Below are positions 40,332-54,070 of a DNA stretch of 64,000 nucleotides, piece by piece (the first letter of the stretch is position 1; the number at the start of each line of letters is the position of its first letter). Source of the stretch: Geosiphon pyriformis uo1 (taxonomy: Eukaryota > Fungi > Glomeromycota); assembly GCA_016748015.1 (NCBI GenBank), contig JAAOMT010000597.1, positions 907,181-971,180 on the forward strand, written 5' to 3'. The notes beneath the pieces were generated by a model, which worked only from the letters and a program-made list of their open reading frames with translations, was not told where the DNA came from and searched no databases. Made by a program: the position numbers and the translations under genes.

Positions 40332-42790
40332 GTGTCCAGTAATTGCTAAAGACAGACTTCTACTTATAAAAATATAATCAATAATCTTTTTAACTTCTTT
40401 GAAGTTATTCTAAGTAGTTGACTTAATTAAAAAATGTCTTTTTAAAAAATTGACCAAATTCATGTTTAAACATTTTTTAAAACTTGCATACAGCCCCAAA
40501 ATCATAACTGAGAACTTGTTTTTAAACAACAACCAAACTAAAATAACTTTGCCAGAAATCTTTTCAATTTCGACATATGTTAAGCCAAAAAATAATTCAT
40601 AATAATAGTCATACTTGTACTAAGAAAACTTTTTTTTAGGTCTGACATAAAAATTCAAATACCATTAAACTTATTCTTAAATTATGGCTTTATATTCTTA
40701 ACTTAGTTTTAGTGAAAATAAATATTATGTTGCCAGATTCCAAATACCAACAAACAATATTCTTTTGTTTTGTTAAATTGTTTATGTCTTTAATATTATA
40801 CATAGCAATTTTCCAAATAAAATCAATTATTGAGAAAATTTAATTACTAAAGAGTCTAAATTGATACACATCTGATTTAACTTAAAAAAAACTAATCTGA
40901 TTATATTCTTAAGCACAACTAATTTCGATTTTAGACCACTTACTTTAACTGTTAAAATTTTGGAGCTGCTTTAATTCAAATCTAAAATACCAGTTATTAC
41001 TAACAAAAAAAGTAAAGACAGAATCCAAGAGATATTCATAACCATATTTGAGTTCAAATTGAAATCTAAAACCAAAAAAAAAGCTGAAACAGAAAGCTAA
41101 AAGACAGATACCAAAAAAATTATATTCATATTACTTATTCTGTACAAAATATTAGTAACTTGATTAGCCAATAATTCTAACAAGTACTTCAAAAAAGCTA
41201 AGTAAAACTTAATTGATAAAACATTCTATGGAAAAGAAAAGCTTTTATAGTACTTGAGAAATCAGAAAAAAAAGAACCAAAACCAAAATCAGAGAAGATA
41301 TTATTGTAAACAGAAATTAATAACACAACCTAAACTCAAAACTTGCCACCAAAAACAGCAGAATAAGAAATAAAAACATTTTTTTTTACATACAGCTTGG
41401 CCAATTAAAGACAATCCACATCCAAAATAGTTTTTTTAAATGTTTTTAAGAGTCTAAAAATGAATATTAGTTGTGTAATACACTTTAAAACAGAATATTC
41501 AAAATACTCACACTTTTTACATCAAATCAGATCTATTTTAATCCAAAAAAATTTTATATCATCAAAAATTGGCTTTATATGAAAAGCAAATTTCAGACTA
41601 TTTTTTGTATTAAAACCAATTACAGCACAACAAATTCTATTACCACTTTTAAAAAAACAATTAATAACATATGTTTTTCTACCAGTCTTTTTCAACAGAG
41701 TATTCAAATCATAAGGTGTTGTTTTCACAGACAAGATAAACAAAAGCACTCTAAATTGATCTTTGAATGTCCAAATTTTATAATTTTCTATTGTTATAGT
41801 TACATACATTGAATTTTTTCAATAAAAAATAACCATTTAAAAATTAACTGTTTAGCCTGACTTAATTTGACAAATTTTATTACAGCTTTCTGCCATAATT
41901 TAATGAGTTGGATTTTGATCAACACAATTTAACCAAACTTGGCAACTATAACAATAATTATTTCTTTAAGTATATTTATGAGAATTTTTTTGATAATTAT
42001 GACCCAATCTAAACAAATTTTTTGTTTTTTGAGATCAGTATTTGTGATAATCATTTTTTTTCTGGTCAATAATACAGTTTTTTTCATGCTTTTTTCTGAT
42101 CTAAATATTGATCTGGTGATCTCTTTAAATTTTAAAGAGATAGTAGTCTTCCCAAAATCATTAATTATTGAGAATAATTTTTTGATGAACTAAGTCTTAG
42201 CTGTGGCCAATTTGTCATTTATTGTTGAAAAATTAATGTTCAAAGCAAAAAATTTTTTAACAGGTATTTTTATCTGAGTTTTGGTAATCTTTAAGTTAAT
42301 TTATTTTTTGTTCAGAGAGATAAATAAGTAAGAAAGAAAAGAAACTTTATTATTATCAATATTAAAATTGGAAAAACTGATTGGGAAACTAAAAACAGCA
42401 CTAGTATTAATCTATTTTGTTTTGAAAATATTTGTTTTAGAATCAAACATTTTTTTGTTTTCACTTTCAGTCTTATAACCAGCATTACTACTTAAGTAAA
42501 TTAATTCAAAAGTATTATCATCTGTTTTTATTTTACTAAACTAACTAGTAATGTATTTTAACTCACTAAATTCAAATCTGTTTCATTATTAAAATGTTTA
42601 ATCTTGTCAAGTAAAGTTTTTTGTTTTTAAACCAAACTTTTTTTAACTGAATCTAAAGTCAAAACTCTAATTGGCCTTTTTTTAACTGAAAAACCATTCA
42701 TAGTAATAGTTAACCTAATTATAAAAGAATTTGGTTCTTAAAAAATATTGAAATAAAAACCAAAAAAATAAAAAAAACTTTTTTTTCGAA
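40332..42790 (-). mobile_element. L1-like LINE, 5' part: ORF1 (RRM-like + knuckle) and APE endonuclease
   Basis: APE start LIWKIAMYNIKDINN...FIFTKTKL (~40830). ORF1 fragments FRVLLFILSVKTTPYDL...CAVIGF (41522-41809). Joins in frame to 30405 after the Gypsy is removed. Confidence 0.88.
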
Positions 42791-43039
42791 AATAAGCTTT
42801 TTGAAAAATTTGAAATATAAGAAAGAAAAAAATTTATATTAATTTTTACAAATTTAATTTGCTTTTTAATTTAATTTAATTTTTTTGTTATTTATTTATT
42901 TAAATTTATAATACAATTAAAAAAATAGATGTTTTTAATAATATTTATTATTTTGTTTATAATATTTTTTAATCTAATGCATATTATTCTGTTTATAATG
43001 TTTTTTAGTTTGTTTATTTTATATAATAAAAAATAAGTA

Positions 43040-46000
43040 AATATTAACTTTTTTCCAAGAATTGTTTGTTTGGAAGCTCACTAAAATTGTGTAGTTACTT
43101 TGTAGTAAAAGTCAACTCTTTTACAAAAATTTTGTTTGTAAATTACTCTAATAATTATAATAAAAAAAATAAAAAAAAATAAAAAAATGTAAAAAAATTG
43201 GGATTTTGTAAAAAAAATCATTTTCTGATCCAGGTCTGAAGTTGCTAAAAGTCTACTAAAATTGATAACTAATCAATTTTAAAATGTTAATAGAGTTTTC
43301 AGGGAATTTTAAGTGCAATTTTTAATTAAAAAATTTGGTTTTCAAGTATTTAATTTTTTTTTTAAAGAAGTAAGAAAGATATTTATGATAAGATAATTTT
43401 AATAGAAAATATATTTTTTTGAAAAAAAAAGCTCTTTTTTTATACAACTTGTTGTAATATTAGTTTATAAACTTGAACTTTTTTTTTTGCTATGATTTCA
43501 ATAAACCAAAGATATATTTTGGCAAACTACAAATTATTTCAGTAAACTATTTGTAATTTCAGTAAACTATTCATAATTTTAGTAAATTTCTACAAATTTC
43601 AGTGAATTTTTAAATGTTACATAGTTCAGAGTATTATATAATTAATCATTCTAATTTCTATTATACAAATTAGATTATTAATTAAATAGTAATATTCAAT
43701 AATTTGATTAAATATAGAGTTATAATTTGAAATAATATTAATATATGTTAATTAATAATATGAATTATAAGAATAATTTCATGCCAATTAATGACTAAAT
43801 TCTACTGGTAACATATTTTTTTTTCAAAACTGAGTTCTATTAAAGTTCAAGCACTATCTGTAATTTCGAGATAGTAATCCAAAATTATTAAAGTAATTTG
43901 GTCTAAAAATTGTTGAAATTTCAGTTTTGTGAGTTTGCTAATGTATTGAATCTTTATTGATTGAAGTATTGGATTTTGTAGAACATTTTCACAAGTATTG
44001 AATAGGTTATAGAATTTATAAGTTGCTTTAAGTTTGTAACAAGTGTTTATTGGTTCAGCTGTTGTCTTAAATTCGTTGTAAATTTGTTTTTGTATAGCTT
44101 CTAAAGTGAAATTTGTTGTTACAAGTTCCAGTTTTTGTTCATAAAATATTCTTCTAATATGAAAATATCTAAATATGGAAGTATATTCGTAACTTTGTTC
44201 ATTAAAAAACAGTTGAAGCTTTTGTTGAGTTGTAACATTTGGTGCAATATCAATAGAAGCAAATAAAAAATTTTCTTTTAAGACTTGTTTCAAGAGTTCT
44301 GGCAATTAAATTCTGAAATAACTTCTTGTATTTCTTTTATAAAAGTAATAATTTTGCAAATTGTTTACTACTAAAACTGTAATTTCTTTTTGAATATAAT
44401 TAATTTGACTCTTATTGATCATTATGAATAAGTCAAAAATTGTTTTTAAAGCTAATATTAATTTGTAGGATATTTGTTAAATGTTTCAAAAAATAAGGAT
44501 TATAATAAAAATAAATTTTTGGAAATAAAAAAAATAAAAAAAAATTATTTTTGGTATATAAAGTTTATATATTTTTGGGTTTGGTTATTTTTTGATGGTT
44601 ATTTCACTATTTTTAATTAATAGTTCTGTATTTTTAGAGGAATTATTAATAAAATTAAATGTTTGGTTTTTGTTTTATTATAACTATTGGTTTTAAATTT
44701 CAGAAAATGTCTTTAGAATTAATTAAAAAGAAATATATACTAATTTATGGAATTGACAGTTTAGAAGTATTTCTGGAATAATAGTGCTTTAGTCAATCTC
44801 TATGTGCAACTTTAGCTAAGATTTTGTTATCAAGTCTTAACTTGTATAATCTATTGTCTAATATTTTATGAATATAAAATGGTCCATTCTATTTATGTTC
44901 AAATTTTCTACTCCATTGTTTTTTTGTTTTAATTCTGTGTAAAAAAACTTTGTTTTTAACTTTAAATTTGTTGGTTACTGATAGCAATTTGTTGTTATGC
45001 TGTTCTTTCTGTTAAGCTTAAGAGTATTTAATATGAGTTACTACAATTCATTATTTTCTTTTCAATGTACTGAAAAAAGTATAAGCTTTTCTTTGAAAAG
45101 TTTTTTAGAAGTTTTCTTCTGTAATAGGTTGTACTAAATATGTTTTGACTGTAAAATTAATTGGTAGTGTTGCTGTCTTTCCATAGATAAGATCAAATAG
45201 TATGTGTTTTGTAGTATCTTGTTTTAGTATTCTATAAGCTAGTAACACTAATAAAATAAAGATATCTTATTTCTGCCAAAATTAGTTAAGACTTTGGCTA
45301 ATAATTCACATAGTGTTTAGTTGAAATGTTTTACAAATCTATTTGTTTAAGAATGATAGGATAATAATAAGAGTTTTTTGATGTTGAATTATTTACAAAT
45401 TTTTTGTATCAAGTTGTTTACAAAATGTGTTTTTTGATCAGATAAAAGTTCATTTGGACATTTATATTTACAAATTATGTCTTCATAAATGAAATTTGCT
45501 ACTGATTTTGTGTTTACTCTTTGGATGGCTCTGGCTTTAGGCCATTTAATAAGGTAATCTATTGTAACTATTATATATTGGTTTCCTTAAGTGATAATAA
45601 GTAGTGGTCTAACTAAATTAATACCAACTTTATTAAAAAATTTTCCAATTTTAATTGGATTTAGAGGTTTTGTGGAGTGAATTCCTTTTTTTTTGACAAC
45701 TATCACATGATTCTATATACTGTTGAATGTTTTTTTGCATATAAGACCAAAACTAATATTCAAATATTCTTTGAATTGTATTGTTTTTTCCTAAATATGC
45801 TGATAATAGGTCTGTGTACATGTTGTATAGAATTGTTTTTTTTCATTTTTTTGCACTAATTGAAGTAAACTGGTTAGATTTTGGTGATTTTAATAATAAA
45901 TTTTGTTGTGGTGAATAAAATATTGTTTAGATTGTTGTTGTAATCAGTGTTTTTTATTTGGAGACAAGTTTTTAGACATGGTAAATGTCTCCAAATAGTT

Positions 46001-47700
46001 TTTAATATTTTTGTAAATTTCTGAATCTATTATTGTTAATTTTGTTGTTTATTAGACTGGTAGATTATTGGTATTTTGTTGGTGTTAGTGTTGGTATTAA
46101 TCTTGTCTTATTCTTGAAAGGCTATCAACATTGGTGTGTAATTTGTCAGATTTATGGTGAACAATAAATTTGTAATCTGCTAAGAAGTCAATCCATTAGA
46201 ATTGTTTGGGACTAAGTTCAGTTTCTTTTTTGTTGAGCCATTTGAGACCAATATTATCTGTGATAATATTAAATTTTTTGTTATTTTGAAGATATTGTTG
46301 AAAATGTTTAAGAGCCCAGATAACAGCTATTGCTTCCAGTTCTGTTAAGCCATATTTTGTTTCTGGAAATTTTAATGTTCTGCTAATATAAGCAATGATT
46401 TGTTTATTGCCATTGTTATCCAATTGTAATAGAATAGCACCAAATACTGTATAAAAAGCATCAATGGCTAATTAGAATTGTTTGTTGAAGTTTGAATAGG
46501 CAAGAACTGGTATTGTTATCAATTTTCTTTTGAAGATTTCAAAAACTTTTTACTGTTCATTAGTCAATTAATATAGAACATTTTTGTTAATAAGGTAGTT
46601 GAATGGTTTTGCAATTTTAGAGAATTCTTTGATAAATTTTTGATAGTAAGAGGCTAATTCAATAAATTCTTTTAAGTTTGTAGTATTTTTAAGAATTTTA
46701 AAGTTTTTGACAGTGCTAATTGTTTTTGAATTGGGTTGAACTCCATCTTTGCTAACAATGTATTCAAAAAAGATTAAGCTTGTTTTTTTAAAGTGACATT
46801 TTTCAATGTTCAATTTCAGTTCTGCTTTTCATAATTGTTGAAATATTTTTTACAAGTAAATCAAATGAACTTTAAATATTGGGAAGTATACATCAGTATT
46901 ATCGAAATAAACAAATACTAATTGCCATAAAAGTCTTTTATATACAATATTTATAAGTCACTGAAATGTTGCTGGTATATTGCAAAGTCCAAAAAACATA
47001 AAGTTGAACTTGTAGTTTTCTCCTTAAGTAGTAAATGCTGTTTTGAATCGATCTTTGGGATTCATTTCAACTTGTCAGTATCTACTTTCCAAATCCAAGA
47101 TTAAAAAAAACTTTGCTTTTCCAAGAACATCTAACATGTTGTCAATTTTTGAGAGTAGGCAGGCATCTCTAATTATCATATTGTTGAGTTGACAATAGTC
47201 TACACAAAATCTGATTTTTCTGTTTTTTTTTTAATAAGGATTATTGGTAAGGCCCAAAAGCTTCTTGATAGTTGAATAAGACTATTGTTAAGCATTCTTT
47301 GTATCTTTTTTCTAATGAATTGGTAACTGGCAGATAAAACTCAATAGACTTGTTGATGTTTTAGTAAAGCATTTTCTATATGAATTTGGTACTAAACAAT
47401 ATTAGTTTTTCTTAGATTATTGTTGTTTTTTGCAAATATATCAGCAAATTTAGCAATAAGTTGCTTTAATTGTCTTTGTTGTTAAAGTTCTAAAAGACTT
47501 ATGTTGATTTGAGAGAGTTTTTCTTTAATAAAGTGGTAGTTTTCAGTAGTAGACAGAATATTTGGGTTTAAAAAGAGAGTATATCTCACAATTTCAATGA
47601 AATTAGAGACAATTTGAAGGGTTTTATCTTAAAAGATATTGCTATATATTACTTCAATTTCCAATCTATTTAATAAGATGATAGAATAATTGTTGGAATT
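43040..47700 (-). mobile_element. Ty3/Gypsy family B relic, copy 2 (5'-truncated): RT, RNase H, integrase, extra ORF, PPT, 3' LTR from 43813
   Basis: FCVDYCQLN, MFFGLCNIPATFQ, VYFDNT; ORFs 46568-46813 and 46196-46423 (IIAYISR..TELEAIAVIWAL); IDYLIKWPKARAI; purine tract + TGTTA at 43813. The distal LTR end was not found. Confidence 0.9.
43847..44500 (-). pseudogene. Unknown extra ORF (~220 aa) of Gypsy family B
   Basis: ORF 43847-44305 plus a frameshifted upstream part. Homologous to ~3655-4300(-). Preceded by a TATA-like motif near 44555-44575. Confidence 0.7.
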
Positions 47701-48699
47701 ATATTTATTTTAAAAGTAAAATGTAAAAAAAGAATATTAAATATCTTTAAAATCATACAATTTTTAAGAATAAAGTAATAGATTTTAATTTATAATATAT
47801 AAGATAAGGTGTATTTTGACGAATAGATATATTGTGATGAAGTTAAGAATTTGTTAAATTTAAATTATGATAAAATAGAAAATTTTTAATAAGTTTGTTT
47901 TTTGAAAAAACTTTTTTTTAATATCCAAAAAATTAAAACTTTATTAAAATCAAATAGAAATTATAAATAAGATTTGAAAATATGAAATGTTTTATTAAAA
48001 ACATAAACATAATTATATTTTTTATTTTTAAACATATATTGATAATACAAGATACTATGTTTTTAAAAAATAAATAAATCAGAAATCATAACTACAACAA
48101 AAGCAAAAGTACCAAAAACCATTATTCGAGAGAATTAAATAGTTGGAATAACTATTAATTAATAAAATTCTATTTTTTTTGGTTTATGTAACTCAAAAAA
48201 TAGCCAATAAAAAGTTGTACAAAAAAATATCTTTTACTATATTATCAATAAAAATTCTGGCTAATATTGCTATTGTCTCCTATATTATGACATATTTGAC
48301 AATTTAACACTTATATCTTTTTTTTCTAATTTTATTGTAAATACTCAAAAATATAATAAAACCAAATTTTACAAAAAACATAGCCAATTAATAAAAATTA
48401 AAAATTCTAAAATAGTGTATTAATGTAGTTTTGGGCAATTTTTATAAAGAAAACAATTACATTATTCAAATAAACAATTATAACTAATATCTTATATTAA
48501 AAAAACATTGTGTATAAAAATATTATTGTTTTAATTTTATATTTTTTTAAAACTATGTAAAATTTGCTGGTAAAAAAATCTAGCCAAAAATATTAAGTAT
48601 CATCATAATCTGAATTTTGAGCAAAAAAAAGCTGGAGCTTAACAAATCACAATATTTATTTGGAAAAGATGTATGATATTTTTATTTTACTATGCTTTT

Positions 48700-50260
48700 A
48701 AGAAATTTGGATACATAAAGACTGGAGATTGACACGTCAATTACTGTAATTACTATCGAAACTTGAAGATGCTGAAGTGAAATTATCTTCATTCAGTTTC
48801 AGGCTTTTTGGTTTTCTGAGATATCTAAGCATCAATATTACAAAAACCAAAAGAATCAAAACACCACATATTATGATAATGGTTATGATTAATGTTATAT
48901 TAATAGTTGTTGGTAAAAATGAGAATGAGGATAAAAATAAAGATGAAAATGAAGATGATTCTGTGCTGGATTTAATTTTAAATGAGTTTTAATATTTCAG
49001 AGGATATTTTGTGAGTTCCAATGCATTAGGTTTATATTTTGTTGTCCAATTAAAATTTATCAGGTCTAAAATGCAAAATTGCTGAAATTAGTTAAATGGT
49101 TTATATATTTTAAAATTTAAATTTTTAATACTCTAAAGAATTTTAGATTCAGAAATGGCTCTAAATTGAATACTCACACTGTAAACTAGCACATTCAAAA
49201 ATTATAATTAAAATAAATAAAAATTCAATGTGCTTAATAATATTTTAAATGAAATAAATATAACTAAACAAAAGCCACAATGATTTTTGTTCCAACTATG
49301 GTCATTGTATATTGACTTCTTACAGATAGAGGTTCTTCAGTTGTGTTTTGTATCTTCCAAACATATGGTGTTTTAGTAGTATCTAGGATAATCAAATTGT
49401 TTAGAGCCCACGTCTTATTAAATTCTTTATCCCCAAAAATGATGATAGTATTATTTGAAACTAATTAGATTTTGAAAAAAAAGATTAACAACAATGAAAG
49501 CTTCTAAAGTTTGGTAAGTTTGAAAGTTTTCACAATAAATACTCTTTACTTACTACCGACAGCTGTATGCAGTCTTCTTGCTTCTAGTACGTTCCTCACT
49601 GAAATCTTGAAAACATCATTAATTTTTATGGATTAGTTTGATCTCTTTAAAAAACAAATTAATGAATAAGTTTTTTTAAGCAGATAAAAACCTTTTCAAT
49701 TCCATTCTCCAGTAAATTTATTATATACATATATGTCAGACATACTGAAAAAATTATAAACGTTTTCATTAAAGGCTCTACTAAAAACATACATTTTTCC
49801 ATTACTCAATAGAGTGACAGTATGTCTTATTATTGGTGCTAGAGAATTATTTTTTGTAAAATTCATATATTTATTCAATATAGAATCATAAATTACTAAT
49901 TCGTTTAGTAAAGAATTTGAGATCCTTCAAGTTTCAAATGTTGAGTCAAATTTATACATTAAATTTGGAGGTGGTGAATGTTGAGATGTACGACCACTGA
50001 AAATAAACATTTCTTTAAATTCGGCACCATATATGCTTGCTGAATGTGATTCACTTTGGTTATATTCAAATTTTCCCAGAGTAGTGAATCTACTGAAAAA
50101 AATATTGACATATTAAGTGCCCAGAGTTCTGTTGTTGCATACTCTAATCTGGTTCTATTGGCTGTGATTTTTCTTCTTTCATACATATACAGTACCTCTG
50201 AAAAATAATGACAAAGTAACTCTTGTGGCATATAATTCTTATTATGGTCCGATCAGCTAT
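48700..50260 (-). pseudogene. Kelch-repeat single-pass membrane protein, multi-exon pseudogene
   Basis: RHTVTLLSNGKMYVFSR...IYVYN...W, RRLHTAV, IIIFGD and YTMTIVGTKIIVAF; Ser-rich stalk; TM segment LIITIIIICGVLILLVFVILML followed by RYLRK. GT-AG introns. The GG dipeptides have decayed. Confidence 0.8.
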
Positions 50261-50367
50261 TGTTAAGATATTTTAAGTAATAATTGGTACGTACATACAT
50301 TTTATTCTGCTATTTTTATTTTTTAAAACAAAATTGTTTTGATCAATAATGCATTTTATTTTTTGTA

Positions 50368-51386
50368 ATGAAATATAATCCTGTAAAATTCAATCGTGAA
50401 GTCGTTAAGAGATTTTGGCAACAAGGTTATCAAAGTCCAACTGAAATATCTTGAAAAACTAATGTTCTTTTTCACTTTTATAAACAATATATAGAACAAT
50501 TTCGTAAAAATGGTCAAATTCGAGCAATTCATTGTTCAGATTATCCACAAAAAACTTTACCAAAAATGTGTTGCCAGATTGGAAAAATTGTAAATCAAAA
50601 TCACTTTACTATAGCAATTAAAATCAAGACACAACTTGCAAAAACATATCCTGAGATTGAAATAAGTGAACAGATTATTTGCAATAAACTTTCTAAACTT
50701 GGTTATATAGTTGTTTTACTAAGACATGTATTTTTATTCACCAAACAAGCCAAACAAAACCAATTAGTATAGGCTCAAAAATATTCTAATTATAATTAGC
50801 ACAAAGTAGTATTTTCAGATGAAACAAATTTACAAATGTTTCGAAATACTTGCTTGGCTTGGTCTCATTTGGGTAAACCTTTTACACCAATAGTAAAACA
50901 TCTATTTAAACTTCATATGTAGGGAGCAATTTGTGCATATAGAAAAGTTGGAATATGCATCTTTACAGAAAATATGGACTGATATCTTTATTGTAAAATT
51001 CTTAATAAGAATTTATATTATAATGCAACTAGCATATATGGACAACAATATTAAATTTTCCAGCATGACAACAATCCAAAGCATACTTCAAAAGATCTTC
51101 ATGCAGATCTTGAGATGCAACTGCCAAATTATGTTTTGTTTTGGTCATCATATAGTCCAGATCTCAATCCAATTGAGAATATTTGGGCTATTCTTAAACA
51201 AAATGCTGAAAAAAAAGTCAAAACAATAATAGCACACAAAAAAATATCTCTCAAGTGATTTTTATTACAATAGTAGAAGAAAAATAGAATAATCTGTCTA
51301 ATGAGGCCATTTTTAACTGTATTATTAGTATGCAAAATCGAATTCAAGATTGTATTAGTGTAAAAGGAAGACATAGTAAATATTAA
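50368..51386 (+). pseudogene. Tc1/IS630-type transposase, DD35E
   Basis: HTH N-terminus; VVFSDET, FQHDNNPKH, WSSYSPDLNPIENIW; several stops. Candidate right terminus near 51497 followed by TA; no matching left TIR seen. Confidence 0.9.
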
Positions 51387-52484
51387 TTATTTGTATATAT
51401 ATTCTTTATTTATATATCTATTAAATATTAAAATTTAAACAGAAATTATTATGTATAAAAAAAAAAAATACTTTACTATTACTTTTTGGAAGGATTGTAA
51501 TATCCTAAGAGCTCTTTTAATTATATTATAAATTACTAATAGTTATTTATATATTTTTTCTCTATTAATAAATTTTATACTTTAATTAACAATAATTATT
51601 ATTTCGTATTTTTGCATAATTTATTAATTATCATATATATAACTTTTTTATTAAGAATAAAATCTATTTTCAATTTTGTTCCTGGTTTAAGTTTTTTTAG
51701 TTTATTAAATAAAGATTTTATATTATAACAATTACTGTTAAAGATTTAAAAATAATTTTAATTTAATCAAAAAATTAACCAAATAACATTATATATAAAA
51801 TTTCTTTTTAATTGAGTTTTTTTTGAAAAACATCATAAAACTTGATATATTTTGTTAATATTATTTAGTATTAATCAGCCAATATTTTTGGAGTTTGAGT
51901 TTTTCAAAAATTTATTTATAAAGTATGGATGTATATTATTTTTAAAAAATTTATAATTTTTTGGAAACATTTTTAAAAATTAAATAAAGTTTGATTTTTT
52001 TACAAACATTTCTTTCTGAATATAATTTAATAAATATTATTTTTTTAAAAATTATAAATACATAATAATCTAAGTTATTAATAATTAATTAATTTTTTTC
52101 ATAGTTATATTTTTATTAATAGTTAATTTTAAGATTGTATTGGTATTTTAGTAATTGATTTTTTTTCAACATTAAAATTTATAATCAAATTTATTCAAAT
52201 AAAGTATTTAATAAGTTAATTATTTGTTTTCAAATCTTGTTTTGTATAAAGTTATAATTCTGAATTTAAACAACCAAAATATAACAATTTCTGATAAAAT
52301 TAAAACACAAATTAAATGTAAAATTGTATAAGCCAAGTGTATTTTTTAATGATGTTTATTTTTTGAACTAGTCTGTACTAGCTTAAAATAACCACTCTAC
52401 TTTAATACTATTATTATAATAAAATTTATTATCTTAAAATAATTTTTATCTTCTCACATATTTTTGGTTAACTCAGTCTGATTT

Positions 52485-54070
52485 TCAATAAATTTTACTG
52501 ACTTGTTGATCAGAATGCGGTACATGAACATTTTGTGCTCAATCATAACTGTAATAAGCTGTGGCATTAATGCTACAATAATCAGTTTTATTTTCTGTCA
52601 CAAAATAATTCTTGTCTACTAATTTTCTTTGTTGCTTTGCTAATTTCATATTTTTGTTGTAATAATTTCTCTCCAACTTAGCCTTAACTAGATGTTCTTT
52701 GTACTTTTTTAATAAATCTTTTACTTCTTCCTTGCAAGCATTATACTGTAAGTCATTCCAAAAATGTTGGCACTTGTCACATAAATCCATTCTTGGAATT
52801 ATGATTTAAGTATAAAACGTTAATTGGTGTCATAACTTGCAAAATGCATCACATTTTAACAATTTTAATGTGTTATCATTTTCAAGACCTGCAATAAAAT
52901 CCTAATAAACTGATTTGTAACTCGTTTCAGTTAGCAAAAGTGTAAGCAATTAAGTAATTCGATTGACATTTCTACCAGAACTTGGTAATTCATGAATTTC
53001 AGCATAATTCTTGAGAAAATTTTTTATGGTAGTACCAACAGTTATATCTATAATTATTTTGGTTTTCCATCACAGCACTCTTTTTATATTACCATAAACA
53101 TGTAATATTATGTCATTTGTTGCTAGATGGTTTCTGACATTTTCAAAATAAGTGTAACCAATTTTTAACATATTAAGATACATTTGCTAACAAAGAGACA
53201 TATTGTGATCTCAATAGTAAAACATTTGCTTATTAGTATGTGTTTTCTTTCTAAGACATTGGCTGGCAGTTATTTCTCTATCATTCAGTGTTTTCAGTTG
53301 GGCCATTAAAAATATATTTTGTTCGGATCTAGAAAGAGCTTAAAACATCTCATGCAATTCAGCAAACTTTTTTTTTGGAATTATTTTTAAGCAACTACAA
53401 TTGCAACCTATCTCCAAGAAATACATTGTTTTTTTATATTCAGTAGAGTCATTTTAATTATTATTAAATTTTATTACTTTCATAACAGTAATCTGCATAT
53501 GTGTTCAAACAAAGGCATCAATTTTGAATTAAGCTGAGACTCTAAACTATTTTACTATTACTGTAGTTTCTGTTGATTATTAAGTCTGGAATAAATCACG
53601 TTTGATTGAAACTTACATTTACTACTCTGGCATTCTTAAGTTAATGGTCTAAATAAAATACCAACAATGAGTTCCAAAAAAAACTCTCTGTCATTTGACT
53701 TAAAAAAATGGCAAAATAAAATAAAATGCATTAAATTACAAATGTTGTAGCAGTGTGATTCTATTTATTACTTTATTCAAAATACACAAGAATTACAATG
53801 GAATTCAATAAAATAACTATTTTTATTCTAGCAATAATCAACTCAAATTCTATAATTATATTAATCTTACTAAGAATGACCAAATATAGGCTTATCTCTC
53901 TTTTTTTTTGTTATTACATTACCAGTATTTCAACCAATATAAAAGCATGATAATATTTAATTACATACTCAGTTATATAAGACAGTTTTTATAGTCATAC
54001 TTTTATACAATCATTAGATTCCTGGGAACTGACAGGACAACTGTGGAGACATGACTGTATATTTATCTAG
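52485..54070 (-). mobile_element. Sola-like transposase element, copy 2 (transposase 3'-truncated), with the same Helitron-type terminus
   Basis: Colinear with ~21660-23273 (MDLCDKCQHF..YYSYD). Hairpin at 53991-54058 and CTAG at 54067-54070. Confidence 0.8.

Noticed and set aside
51520-52480. Possible decayed coding sequence
   Set aside because: No frame gave a recognisable motif; too degraded to call.
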